From an uncultured delta proteobacterium (lineage in GTDB: Bacteria; Desulfobacterota; Binatia; UBA9968): 64,000 nt of DNA. Shown here piece after piece: positions 38,704-50,926 of the stretch. The notes under the pieces are model-generated. The model had not been told where the DNA came from and made no database searches. It was given only the letters and a program-made list of their open reading frames with translations. Each line of letters begins with the position of its first letter. The stretch's first letter is position 1. The stretch lies in NCBI GenBank assembly GCA_963816145.1, contig CAWFJP010000014.1, forward strand, positions 1 to 64,000. The letters run 5' to 3'. A program made the translations under genes and the position numbers.

Positions 38704-38844
38704 TCTCCCGCAAAGGCGCCAAGGCGCAAAGGTGTGGAGCAAGGCCCGTCATCCCGAGTGAATGCGAAGGATCTACGAAGATTTCTCCCTGCGGTCGACA
38801 TGACAGTAATTCCCAACTTAGCGTCTTTGCGCCTTTGCGGGAGA
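38704..38844. repeat. Nested IR element: CGCAAAG-unit IR enclosing a GTCATCCCGAG...ATGAC palindrome
   Basis: Outer arms 38704-38731/38817-38844; inner element 38748-38804. Confidence 0.8.
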
Positions 38845-38897
38845 AATTCCGAGCCGCCGTTGCGGCTCTGTAGTCAGCCAAAATTAACCTACAATCT

Positions 38898-38930
38898 ATT
38901 CTTGACATTGTTAGTTGAATTACTTAGTTT
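38898..38930 (+). promoter_or_regulatory. Sigma-70 promoter of the Rrf2 gene with overlapping Rrf2-type site
   Basis: TTGACA(38902)-N17-TAGTTT; ATTCTTGACATTGTTAGTTGAATTA resembles the site at 39411. Confidence 0.55.
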
Positions 38931-38951
38931 AACGTTCCGGGAGATTGGCCC

Positions 38952-39386
38952 ATGAAAGTCGGCTCTAAAGCATACTACGGTTTTCTCGCCTTGGTTGAGT
39001 TGGCGGGCAATTACAAAATCCGCCGCACCACGCAGGTCAGAGAGATTGCCAAGGACCAAGATATTCCTTCCGAGTATCTCGGCCAGATCATGGTATTGCT
39101 CAATCGAGCGCGCTTGGTGCATGGATCGCGCGGGCCGGGCGGCGGTTATATTTTGGCGCGGCCGCCGGAGACGATCACAGTGAAAGAAGTCATCGAAATT
39201 TTGGAAGGCCCGTTCGCGACGCTGGAAATGCGCGCGCGAAAAAAGGGCGGCACCGGCGCGCTGGCGACGGAGCGGCTGATCCAGACTTGGGCCAAGGGCG
39301 TGGCGGCGATGGAGTCGGTGTTGGAGGACGCGACGCTCGCCGATCTGTGCAAACCCGAGCAAGAATCTTACATGTATTACATCTGA
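38952..39386 (+). CDS. Rrf2-family transcriptional regulator, CymR-like
   Basis: IP..YL.QI, SRGPGGGYILAR; lacks the three IscR Fe-S Cys; C-terminus YMYYI; precedes cys genes. Confidence 0.88.
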   Translation: MKVGSKAYYGFLALVELAGNYKIRRTTQVREIAKDQDIPSEYLGQIMVLLNRARLVHGSRGPGGGYILARPPETITVKEVIEILEGPFATLEMRARKKGGTGALATERLIQTWAKGVAAMESVLEDATLADLCKPEQESYMYYI

Positions 39387-39410
39387 ATCGCGGAAAAATT
39401 TTTTGGGATA

Positions 39411-39435
39411 ATAACTGACTAAACCAATCAACTTA
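39411..39435 (+). promoter_or_regulatory. Putative Rrf2 (IscR type-1-like) operator upstream of sulfite reductase
   Basis: ATAACTGACTAAACCAATCAACTTA vs IscR type-1 consensus ATASYYGACTRwwwYAGTCRRSTAT. Confidence 0.55.
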
Positions 39436-39593
39436 CTTTTGTTGGACGCTCTGAGGCGCGGGTTCTGGGTCAGGATCATTACGGACCCCCGCGGAAGTGA
39501 GGCGAAGAGATTTCTCGCTGCGCTCGAAATGACAAATGGAATAGCCGTCAGTACTGAGGCGCGATGCCGACAAATCATCGCCGGAGGCGAAAA

Positions 39594-41898
<2,305 letters not shown>

Positions 41899-41927
41899 TG
41901 ACCTGTGGTCATGTGAACATGCGGAGA

Positions 41928-42016
41928 GAAATCCCCCTCGATCCCCCTTTTCCAAAGGGGGAGGGAATGAGTCCGGTTGCCCCTCTTTGAAAAAGAGGGG
42001 TTAGGGGAGATTTTCT
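41928..42016. repeat. Palindromic element (CCCCTCTTTGAAAAAGAGGGG family)
   Basis: aaatccccctcgatcccccttttccaaaggggg...cccctctttgaaaaagaggggttaggggagattt. Confidence 0.8.
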
Positions 42017-42073
42017 TCGGCTGCAGCCCTATCGGAGACCGATATTCATCGCAGCGACGAGATCGGAGCCAGC

Positions 42074-42640
42074 ATGGAACTACAAAAACTGAACGTCAAG
42101 TTTTTCGTCGAGCAGCCCAATGCCATTGCGCTGACCGACTTCATCGAGATCTTTCACTCGTGGATTCAAGCCACCGATGGCGTCTATCACGATGTCGCCG
42201 ATTATAGTCACATGCAGGCGGGGCCGGGGATCGTTCTCGTCGCCAACGACGCCAACGTCAGCATCGATGAAAGCGGCAATCGGCGCGGTTTGCTTTTCAG
42301 TCAAAAGGCGCCGCTCGCTGGGTCGAATCAGGACAAGTTGCGGCAAGTCTTTCGTTCGGCAATGGAATACTGCCGCAAACTCCGAGCGGAACCGGCACTG
42401 CGCGGCAAGCTTCGCTTTAGCGTCAACGAAGCGCTGGTGTCGCTCAACGATCGGCTGCTCGGTGAGAATTCGCCGGCGGCGTTCGAGGCGCTGAAAAGCG
42501 ATGTCGAAGCAGTGGCCAAGGAATTGTTCGGCGGTGGGCGGTGAGTTGGCGCGCGATAACGATGCGCGCAGCGCTTAAACATCGCGTAAAGGAGCGGCGT
42601 CGCTCGATTTGCAACAAGCTATCGAATTTGCGGCCAACTA
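42074..42640 (+). CDS. Hypothetical protein in the cys cluster (3' end probably frameshifted; ORF stops at 42544)
   Basis: Coding-like composition; FHSWIQ, DVADYSHMQAGPGIVL; RBS GGAG. Confidence 0.65.
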
Positions 42641-42654
42641 GAAGGGGGCTGATT

Positions 42655-42960
42655 ATGACGACGACGACACATGAAAGGATCGGTTGGAAGCGTTGGATTT
42701 GGAGCGGGCCTCGGCGAACCGTGTTGGGCGGGCGCTCGAAGTTTCGCCGCAAATCGCCGGCTGTTCGCAAGCCGAGGATCGGTGCTGATCGACATGATGC
42801 ACCGGCTGCGCGGCAGCGATTTCGGGTTACTTGGACACCGGCGGCTCAATCAGAACATGATTGCATGGACGCGGTGCGCGCGCGTCGGCATCGCTCGAGT
42901 TATTTCCCGCGCGAGTCGAACGATGGTGCCAAGGGGTCCGCGGCGCGACGGTAACTGTGG
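42655..42960 (+). pseudogene. cysH: Fragmented PAPS/APS reductase (CysH) N-terminal part
   Basis: Pieces in shifting frames: SVLIDMMHRL, LDTGRLNQ, DCMDAVRAR, YFP; remainder missing. Confidence 0.6.
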
Positions 42961-43081
42961 ACAGAGACGCGGACGCGCGGCGGCGGCTCCGCCTGCACAT
43001 CAGGATTTCCGCGGGCATCAACGACCTAGCGCAAGCGCTGGCCGATTTGCCGAGGAATTCAACGGTTGCCGGAGCTGTATT

Positions 43082-43828
43082 GTGAATACTGGAAAAGTTT
43101 ATCTCGTCGGCGCCGGACCGGGTGATCCGGGGTTGATGACCATACGCGGTCTGCAATTGCTGCGCGATGCACGAGTCGTCGTCTATGACCAGCTGGTCAA
43201 TCCGGTGTTGCTCGAAGAGGTGTCAGTTGACGCTGAGCGAATTTTCGTCGGCAAGAAGGCAGGGCATCACTGCATCGCCCAGGGCGAGATCAACTCGGTT
43301 TTGGTCGAATATGCTGAGCGCGGCTTCGATGTCGTGCGGCTCAAGGGCGGCGATCCATTTGTCTTCGGCCGCGGCGGCGAGGAGGCGGAGGCGCTGGTCG
43401 ATGCCGGCATTACGTTTGAAATCGTTCCTGGCGTGAGTTCTGCGGTCGCGGTTCCGGCCTATGCGGGCATTCCGCTGACGCATCGAAACTACGCTTCGTC
43501 CTTTGCAGTAGTCACGGGACATGAGGCGATCAAAGCGAAATCTTCAGTCGATTGGGCCAAACTTGCCACCGCGGTCGACACGCTGGTGATTTTGATGGGC
43601 CTGCATAACTTGCCGGCGATCGTCGCCAAGCTGCTCGCCCATGGCCGTTCGGCCGAAACGCCAGTGGCGGTGATTCGCCAAGGCACCACCGAACGACAAC
43701 AAGCTGTGGTCGGCACTTTGACCGACATCGTCGAGAAAAGCGCAGCACTCAAAGCCCCGGCGCTGATCGTCGTCGGCAATGTGGTCAGATTGAAAAGCTC
43801 GCTCGATTGGTTCGCGAGCAATCGCTGA
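43082..43828 (+). CDS. cobA: Uroporphyrinogen-III C-methyltransferase
   Basis: GKVYLVGAGPGDPGLMT, RLKGGDPFVFGRGGEE, VPGVSS, GIPLTHR; GTG start. Confidence 0.93.
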   Translation: MNTGKVYLVGAGPGDPGLMTIRGLQLLRDARVVVYDQLVNPVLLEEVSVDAERIFVGKKAGHHCIAQGEINSVLVEYAERGFDVVRLKGGDPFVFGRGGEEAEALVDAGITFEIVPGVSSAVAVPAYAGIPLTHRNYASSFAVVTGHEAIKAKSSVDWAKLATAVDTLVILMGLHNLPAIVAKLLAHGRSAETPVAVIRQGTTERQQAVVGTLTDIVEKSAALKAPALIVVGNVVRLKSSLDWFASNR

Positions 43829-43893
43829 CGGTGCGGGTTTGTTTCTTCGAGACGAGACTTGTCGCTGAGATTCGTAAGTTGCATTAGTCGTTG

Positions 43894-44779
43894 ATGCGGC
43901 GACGCCTCGCATCTGAGAGCGCTCGAGAGCGAGTCGATTCAATCTTGCGCGAAGTGCGGCCGAGTGCCGCAATCCGGCGCTGCTGTTTTCCAGGGGCAAG
44001 GATCCGCTGGTGCTGTTGCTTCTGCGGAAAGGCTTTGGCCGCTGTTTCGTATTCCGCTTTTGCACGTCGACACCGAGCATAATTTTCCCGAAGTCATCGA
44101 GTTCCGTGATCGCCGCGCGGCGAGTTGAGCGAGCGGTTGATCGTCCGCTCGGTGCAGACTCGATCGATCAGGGCGAGTGGTTTGCGATCGCGGACGAGAG
44201 CCGCAACGTGCATCAGTCGGTGACGCTGCTCGATGCCATTGAAGAGTTGCAGTTCGACGCCTGTATCGGCGGCGCGCGGCGCGATGAGGAAAAGGCGCGG
44301 GCGAAGGAGCGAATTTTTTCCTTTCGCGACGAGTTCGGCCAGTGGGACCCGAAGAATCAACGGCCGGAACTGTGGGATCTCTACAACACCCGGGTGCGTC
44401 CAGGTGAAAACATCCGGGTTTTTCCGATCAGCAACTGGACCGAGCTGGATGTCTGGCGCTACATCGCCAAGGAGCGGCTCGAGGTTCCGGAGATTTATTT
44501 CGCGCATGAGCGTGAAGTGATTCGCCGCGCCGGGCGGTCTGATGCCCGTGTCTCGAGTTGGTGCAGCCCAAGCCCGGTGAAAAAGTTGACACGGTTTCAG
44601 TGCGCTTCCGCACCGTGGGCGATATGACCTGCACCTGTCCGGTGGCGTCTGAAGCCGAAGACGTTTGCGGAAATCATCGCCGAGACCGCAGCGACGCGCA
44701 TCACCGAACGGCGCTAACCAGGGTGCATGATGATTCGGATGCTTCGATGGAGCTGCGGAAAAAGGAAGGGTACTTTTAA
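43894..44779 (+). pseudogene. cysD: Sulfate adenylyltransferase subunit 2, multiply frameshifted
   Basis: [59 protein letters not shown] in different frames. Confidence 0.85.
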
Positions 44780-44863
44780 TCCTCGGAACGGTTCAAATTG
44801 CGTTTGAACAAGCAGGGTTCAAAAAGTTCAAATTCGTTGTTCCGGGGAAAAAGAAGACCGTTG

Positions 44864-46126
44864 ATGCAAACGAATTCAATACGGCGGAAGCGCTGCGCTT
44901 TATCACTTGCGGCAGCGTCGATGACGGCAAAAGCACGTTGATCGGCCGGCTGCTGCACGATTCCAAATCGATCTTCGAGGATCAACTGGCCGCGGTCGAA
45001 CGATCGACCCGGCGGCGCGGCGCGGCGGGGCGTCGATCTGTCGTTGCTGACCGACGGACTGCAAGCCGAGCGGGAGCAGGGCATTACCATCGATGTCGCT
45101 TACCGGTACTTCGCCACGCCGAAGCGCAAATTCATCATCGCCGACACGCCCGGCCATGAGCAGTACACGCGCAACATGGTGACCGGCGCTTCGACGGCCA
45201 ATCTGGCGGTGATTCTGATCGACGCGCGCAAAGGCGTGCTCACCCAGTCGCGCCGCCACGCTTATATCGCCAGCTTGCTGCGCATTCCGCATCTCGTGGT
45301 GGCGGTCAATAAGATGGATCTGATGCAGCACCGCCGCGCAGTGTTCGCCGATATCTGCGAGGCCTTCGGCGAATTCGCCGCCGATTTGAACTTTCGCGAC
45401 GTGATCTACATTCCGATCTCGGCGCTGAACGGCGATATGATCGTCGAGCGCGGCGATCACATGCCCTGGTACGACGGCCCGACGCTGATGGAGCTGCTTG
45501 GACAACATCGAGATCGATCACGACGTCAATCTGGCGGACTTCCGCTTTCCGGTGCAGTGGGTGTGCCGTCCGGGCAGCGCCGAGTATCATGACTTTCGCG
45601 GCTACATGGGGCGCATCGAGTCGGGGACTGTCAAAGCCGGCGATGTCGTCACGGTGCTGCCGTCGGGGCGCTCGTCCAGAGTGAAACAGATTCTGACTTT
45701 CGACGGCCCGCTGACCAGGCGTTTGCGCCGCAGTCGGTGACGCTCTTGTTGGAGGACGACATCGACGTATCGCGCGGCGATATGATCGTCAAAGACCTGG
45801 ATTCGGTGCATGTCGCCAGCGAATTCAGCGCGGATATCTGCTGGCTCAGCGATCAACCGCTCGATACCCGGCGCAAGTATTTGGTCAAGCACGCCACCAA
45901 GACGGTCAAAGTGTGGCTCTCGCGCATCGAGCATCGGGTCGATGTGAATACCTCGCAGCTGATCGGCGGGCTCAAGAGCTTGCAGATGAACGATATCGCC
46001 AGGGTCGGCATCAAAGGTCCGCAGCCGCTGGTGGTCGACAGCTACGCGCGCAACCGCGCCACGGGTTCGTTTATCTTGATCGACGAGGCGACCAACAACA
46101 CCGTTGCCGCGGGTATGATCGTATAA
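44864..46126 (+). pseudogene. cysN: Sulfate adenylyltransferase subunit 1 (GTPase), multiply frameshifted
   Basis: [64 protein letters not shown] across frames. Confidence 0.85.
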
Positions 46127-46329
46127 GCGCGCGCCGAGGGAAGGGGTCAGCATGTCACAGGTTGGAAGCTATGCCAACATGGGCGACAATCTTGAACGGT
46201 TGGCGACCGAGGAACTCATGGACTGGGCGCAGGGGATGGATTATTTTGGCGACCAACCGTTTGTCTGGGATGGCCATCACGGGTTAGATTCGCAGTCAAC
46301 GATAAAGTTAAACTCGAGTCAAAATGCCG

Positions 46330-46959
46330 ATGAGCTACTATCCAATCTACCTGAAAATGGAGGGTCGGCGCTGCCTAGTGATCGGCGGCGGTGTCGTGGC
46401 GGAGCGCAAGATCGCCAGTCTGCTTGAAGTGGGAGCGAATCCCACTGTCGTCAGTCCGGCAATTACCGATACCATCGCGCATTGGGCGAAAGATCATTTG
46501 ATCGCGTTAATCGCCCGCCGCTATCAGGCCAGCGATTTGACCGAGCATGAGATCGCCTTCGTCGCTACCGACGACGGCGCAGTGAGCGCGCAGGTGTTCA
46601 GCGACGGCCGGCGTCTCGGCGTGTGGGTGAATGCGGCGGACGATCCGGCGCATTGTGACTTTATCTTGCCGTCGGTCTTGCGCCGCGGCGATCTTACGGT
46701 CGCGGTGTCGAGCGGAGGCACCAGCCCTGCGCTGTCGCGCACCATCCGTGAAGAACTCGAACTCTACTTTACCGAAGAATACGAATTGCTGGTAAAACTG
46801 GCCGCGGAAGCGCGCGCCGAGTTGCATGCGCGCGGGCTGAGCGTGCCCTTTGAAACCTGGCGGCGCGCTCTGAGTGGGGATGTGCGCCAGCTCTTGATGC
46901 GCGGTGATGTTGCGCGCGCCAAGGCGTTGTTGCTACGCGAGTTAGGTGTGGAGGCATAA
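46330..46959 (+). CDS. Precorrin-2 dehydrogenase/sirohydrochlorin ferrochelatase (CysG N-terminal, SirC/Met8-like)
   Basis: YYPI.L..EGRRCLVIGGGVVAERK, VNAADDP..CDFILP, VSSGGTSPALS. Confidence 0.92.
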   Translation: MSYYPIYLKMEGRRCLVIGGGVVAERKIASLLEVGANPTVVSPAITDTIAHWAKDHLIALIARRYQASDLTEHEIAFVATDDGAVSAQVFSDGRRLGVWVNAADDPAHCDFILPSVLRRGDLTVAVSSGGTSPALSRTIREELELYFTEEYELLVKLAAEARAELHARGLSVPFETWRRALSGDVRQLLMRGDVARAKALLLRELGVEA

Positions 46960-46990
46960 GCCCGATTAATGTCCCTTTCGGGGATGGTTG

Positions 46991-47166
46991 AAATCCCTCG
47001 CCTTCAGGCGAAGAGAGGATTTGTCATGCCGGCGAACGCCGGCATCCATCTTCGGTTTCGTTGGCAGGCTAAAGAAGGCCTGGATTCCGGCCTACGCCGG
47101 AATGACGAAAGGAAGAGTCGACTTCTAGTCGACGAATTCAGAACCCCTCGGCTTGGAGCCGAGGGT
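46991..47166. repeat. Composite palindromic element: RPE-4-like GTCAT...ATGAC unit between two IS200/IS605-end-like hairpins
   Basis: gtcatgccggcgaacgccggcatcca...tggattccggcctacgccggaatgac (47023-47106); hairpins at 46991-47022 and 47143-47166. Confidence 0.7.
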
Positions 47167-47181
47167 CATTCAGTTTTTTCT

Positions 47182-48030
47182 ATGGAACCGCATACCCGTA
47201 AAAGCCTGCAAGGGCTGAGAATCGTCTGTTTCGAGAGCCGGCGCGCCAAGGAGATGGCTGAGCTCATTCGCCGCTACGACGGCGAGCCGATCGTGGCGCC
47301 GTCCATACGCGAGGTTCCGCTCAGCGAAAACCGTGCTGCCCTCGATCTTCTGCCGCAGATCGAAGCGGGAAGTTTCGACATTCTGATTCTCATGACCGGA
47401 GTCGGCACCAAAGCGCTCAATGAGATTTTACTCACCCAGTTTGCCCAAGAGAGAATTGTCGCCGCGTTGAAAAGATTGCAACTGGTCGCGCGCGGCCCCA
47501 AGCCGATCGGCGCATTGAAGGAATTGGGATTGCAAGTAGCGCTGACCGTGCCCGAGCCGAATACCTGGCGCGAAATTCTCTCAACGTTGGACGCGGCGCT
47601 GGACGTGCACGGCAAGCGGATCGTGATTCAAGAATACGGCATCGCCAATCCCGAGCTTATCGCCGCGTTGGAACAGCGCGGCGCGCTGGTAAAGTCGGTC
47701 TCAATTTATCGCTGGGCTTTGCCCGAAGATCTGGCACCGTTGCGCGGCGCGATCGAAAGGATACTCGGCGGCGAAGCCGAGGTTGCGCTGTTTACCAACG
47801 GCGCGCAGGTGGATCATCTGTTGCAAGTCGCCGGGCGCGATCATCGGGCCGACGCCTTGCGGCAAAGTCTCAAGAAAATCGCCGTCGGTTCCGTCGGTCC
47901 GGTATGCACCGAGGTTTTGGGCCAGTTCGGTATCGTGCCCGACATCGAGCCCCCGCATCCAAAGATGGGTGCCTTGATCGCCGAGGTTGCGGCGCGGGCG
48001 CGCGAAGTCCTGACAAAAAAATCCTCCTAG
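47182..48030 (+). CDS. hemD: Uroporphyrinogen-III synthase (HemD-like)
   Basis: FESRRAKEM, LMTGVG, ARGPKP, YRWALP, SVGPVC; siroheme cluster context. Confidence 0.85.
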   Translation: MEPHTRKSLQGLRIVCFESRRAKEMAELIRRYDGEPIVAPSIREVPLSENRAALDLLPQIEAGSFDILILMTGVGTKALNEILLTQFAQERIVAALKRLQLVARGPKPIGALKELGLQVALTVPEPNTWREILSTLDAALDVHGKRIVIQEYGIANPELIAALEQRGALVKSVSIYRWALPEDLAPLRGAIERILGGEAEVALFTNGAQVDHLLQVAGRDHRADALRQSLKKIAVGSVGPVCTEVLGQFGIVPDIEPPHPKMGALIAEVAARAREVLTKKSS

Positions 48031-48192
48031 ATTTTCTTTTTCAATCTCTGGTGGTCGATTTCCGGCAGCTTGCTGCGTTGTATTAACTGACCCTCGCCTG
48101 CTCGCGGGCAAGTGTGCAACTTTGCCTTGACTGCCGATAGGTTTGCCATTATGTCTCAGACTGTTTGTCCGAGCGGTGCGTTGATGCGTTGA

Positions 48193-49197
48193 ATGGAACG
48201 ATTCATGACTCGCATACTTCTCGCGATCCTGTTTTGTTTGCCGGCTTTCCTGTCGCCGCAACTTCAGGCTGCCCAAGCCAAGAAGCTGCGCCTCGCCTTC
48301 AGTGCCTTTGCCTACGCCAATCCGCCGTTCTGGATCGCCCATGAACTGAAACTGTTCGAAAAATATGGCGGCTATGAGACGGAGCTCGTTTACGTCGGCG
48401 GGTCGCGGCCGATTCAGGCGATGCTCGGCGGCTCCATCGACGCGGCTCAAGTCGGCGGCGCGGCGGCGGTGGCGGCTGCGGCGCAAGGGGCGGAGATCTC
48501 CATTCTCGGCACGGTATTCACCCGGCTTACCTTTGCGATTCACGCCAATCCACAGATTCAACAGATCACCGATCTCAAAGGCAAGATCATTGCCGCCGGT
48601 GCGGTCGGCGGTAATAGTTATTTCGCTGCTTTGGTATTTCTCAAGCACTTCGGCTGGGTGGCCAACCGCGATGTCGGAGTAACCCCGGCGGGCGGTTCGC
48701 CGGAAGTTTTGGCTGGGATTCTCCAAGGTAAATTTCAAGCCGGCGTTTTGACGCCGCCGACATCGACCATGGCGGCCAAGCAGGGTTACCGCGAGATCTT
48801 CGATCTCGCCAGTCTCGACTTTCCGTTTCCGGTGATCTCTGTGGTCAGCACGCGGCACTTCATCGAAGCCAACCCCGAAGTGATTCTCAATATTCTGCGC
48901 GCGACCGCCGAAGCGATCTATCTGTATAAGACGCGGCCGGAGATCACCGTGCCGGTGGTGGCCAAGTATATGCGCATCGCCAAGGACGATCCGGCGTTGG
49001 TCGAAGCGCAGCGCACGGTCGGTCAGCTGTTGAACCAAAACCTGCCGCCATCCCTCGAAGGGATACGCTTCGTGCTCGACTACTATGCCGAGCGCCAGCC
49101 CAACTTGAAAAACAAAAATCCCGCCGACTTCGTCGATATGCGGTTCGTTCGCAAGCTCGAAGAAGAGGGGTTCTTCAAAAAATTTACCACCAAATAG
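48193..49197 (+). CDS. NMT1/SsuA-type SBP (orphan)
   Basis: PFWIAHELKLFEKYG, DLKGKII, FVDMRFVRKLEEEGFF. Confidence 0.88.
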   Translation: MERFMTRILLAILFCLPAFLSPQLQAAQAKKLRLAFSAFAYANPPFWIAHELKLFEKYGGYETELVYVGGSRPIQAMLGGSIDAAQVGGAAAVAAAAQGAEISILGTVFTRLTFAIHANPQIQQITDLKGKIIAAGAVGGNSYFAALVFLKHFGWVANRDVGVTPAGGSPEVLAGILQGKFQAGVLTPPTSTMAAKQGYREIFDLASLDFPFPVISVVSTRHFIEANPEVILNILRATAEAIYLYKTRPEITVPVVAKYMRIAKDDPALVEAQRTVGQLLNQNLPPSLEGIRFVLDYYAERQPNLKNKNPADFVDMRFVRKLEEEGFFKKFTTK

Positions 49198-49209
49198 AAA
49201 GAACAAAAT

Positions 49210-50868
49210 ATGCGGGCTGCCGATGCTCTCGTCGATATTCTTAAAACCGAAGGCGTTAAGTTCGTTTCAACTTTGCCGGGGGACGACATCTTGCCGATCT
49301 TCGACGCGCTCCATGAAAACGGCGAGGTGCCGCTGATCCTGACACGCCATGAACAGGCGACGGTCTATATCGCCGACGGCTACGCGCGCAGCACGGGCGA
49401 AGTCGGCGTGGCGATGGTGACCAAGGGGCCGGGGCGCTGCAACGCCTTTACCGCCATCGTCAATGCCTTTACCGACTGTGTGCCGCTGGTGGTGATATTC
49501 GGCCATAGTTCGCGTAACCAGCTGGCCAAAGGCATGCTGCAGGAAGTGCCTTACCTCGACACTTTTCAAACCATGGCGAAGTGGACCTTCAGCGTGCCGT
49601 CAGCGGAGCGAATCCCCGAAGTGTTTCGCCGTGCGTTTACATTGGCGCGTTCGGGGAGACCGGGGCCGGTGATCATCGAGGTGCCGCAGGATATCAGCAT
49701 GGCGCAGGTGGAGATGCCGCCCTATCACAAGACCCGGCGCGTGCGCTTCGGTCCCGATCCCGATGATGTCGAAAAATTGATTGAATTATTGCAGGGCGCC
49801 AAGCGGCCGCTGGTTTACGCCGGGCGCGGCGCGCTGTGGTCGCGGGCGACCGAGGATTTGGTTAAGGTTGCCGAAACCTATGCGATTCCCGTGATGGCGA
49901 CGCTACCGGCGAAGGGAGCGATGCCAGAAGATCATCCGCTCTGTCTCGGTCTCGGCGGTTATCCGCGCGCTGTGTACAGCACGGGGCAGTCGCGCAAGTT
50001 CGCCGAAGCGGCGGATTTGGTGATCGCGCTCGGTTGCAGTTTCCGCCAGCATGCGACTTCAAGCTGGCTGCCGAAGCCGGCAGATGCCAAGTTGGTTCAA
50101 GTCGATATCGATGCGGCCGAGCTGCACAAGAACTATCCGGCCGATCTGGCGATACTGTCGGATATTCAACTTTTTTTGCGCGCGTTGCTGTTACAGGGCA
50201 GGGATAAACTCGCCAGCTATCGCAACGGTATAGCGACAGACGTCGCGGCGGAGATCAAAGAACTCAAGGCCAAGTGGCTGGAGTCGTGGAACACGCGGCT
50301 GACTTCCGATGAAGTGCCGATGAATCCTTACCGCGCTTGCTGGGATCTGACCCACCAGCTCGATGCCAAGAAGACCATTCTCTTACACGACGCCGGTGTG
50401 ACGCGTGCGTATGTGTCGCATCATTACGAGGCATTGAATCCGCTGGGTTTCATCGGCTTTGGTGGTACCAGCGCCATGGGCTGGTCGACCCCGGCGGCGC
50501 TGGGCGCTAAGCTCGGCAATCCCGACAAGACCGTGGTGAATTTCACCGGCGACGGTTCCTTCGGCATGACCGGCATGGAGATCGAGACTGCGGCGCGCAA
50601 CGACATCCGCACTTTAACGGTGATCCTCAACAATGAAAGTCTCGGCGCCAGCCGCGAGACTTTGCACGAGCGCTTCAAAGGCCATGAGATCGGCATCTCG
50701 CTGCGCGGTGACTACGCCGGCGTGGCGCGGGCGCTGGGCGCATTCGGCGAGCGCATCTCCAAGCCGCAGGAATTGCAGCCGGCGCTGCAGCGTGCCTTGG
50801 CCCATCCCGGTCCCGCGGTACTGGAAATCGCCGTGAAGCCGTTGGAGCCGCGGCCATGGCGGACTTAA
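49210..50868 (+). CDS. Thiamine pyrophosphate-dependent enzyme (acetolactate synthase large subunit-like)
   Basis: RHEQ..YIADGYAR, GRPGPV, TPP motif GDGSFGM...NN. Confidence 0.92.
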   Translation: MRAADALVDILKTEGVKFVSTLPGDDILPIFDALHENGEVPLILTRHEQATVYIADGYARSTGEVGVAMVTKGPGRCNAFTAIVNAFTDCVPLVVIFGHSSRNQLAKGMLQEVPYLDTFQTMAKWTFSVPSAERIPEVFRRAFTLARSGRPGPVIIEVPQDISMAQVEMPPYHKTRRVRFGPDPDDVEKLIELLQGAKRPLVYAGRGALWSRATEDLVKVAETYAIPVMATLPAKGAMPEDHPLCLGLGGYPRAVYSTGQSRKFAEAADLVIALGCSFRQHATSSWLPKPADAKLVQVDIDAAELHKNYPADLAILSDIQLFLRALLLQGRDKLASYRNGIATDVAAEIKELKAKWLESWNTRLTSDEVPMNPYRACWDLTHQLDAKKTILLHDAGVTRAYVSHHYEALNPLGFIGFGGTSAMGWSTPAALGAKLGNPDKTVVNFTGDGSFGMTGMEIETAARNDIRTLTVILNNESLGASRETLHERFKGHEIGISLRGDYAGVARALGAFGERISKPQELQPALQRALAHPGPAVLEIAVKPLEPRPWRT

Positions 50869-50926
50869 AAATTGATAATGGAGAATTGATAATTGAGAAT
50901 TTCGGAGAAGACTCGGAGAATGCCTC

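Noticed and set aside
42671-43081. Apparent N-terminal fusion domain on CobA
   Set aside because: Consists of out-of-frame cysH debris; CobA homology starts at GTG 43082
47701-49206. 501-aa minus-strand ORF
   Set aside because: Antisense to hemD and the SBP gene; no recognisable domain
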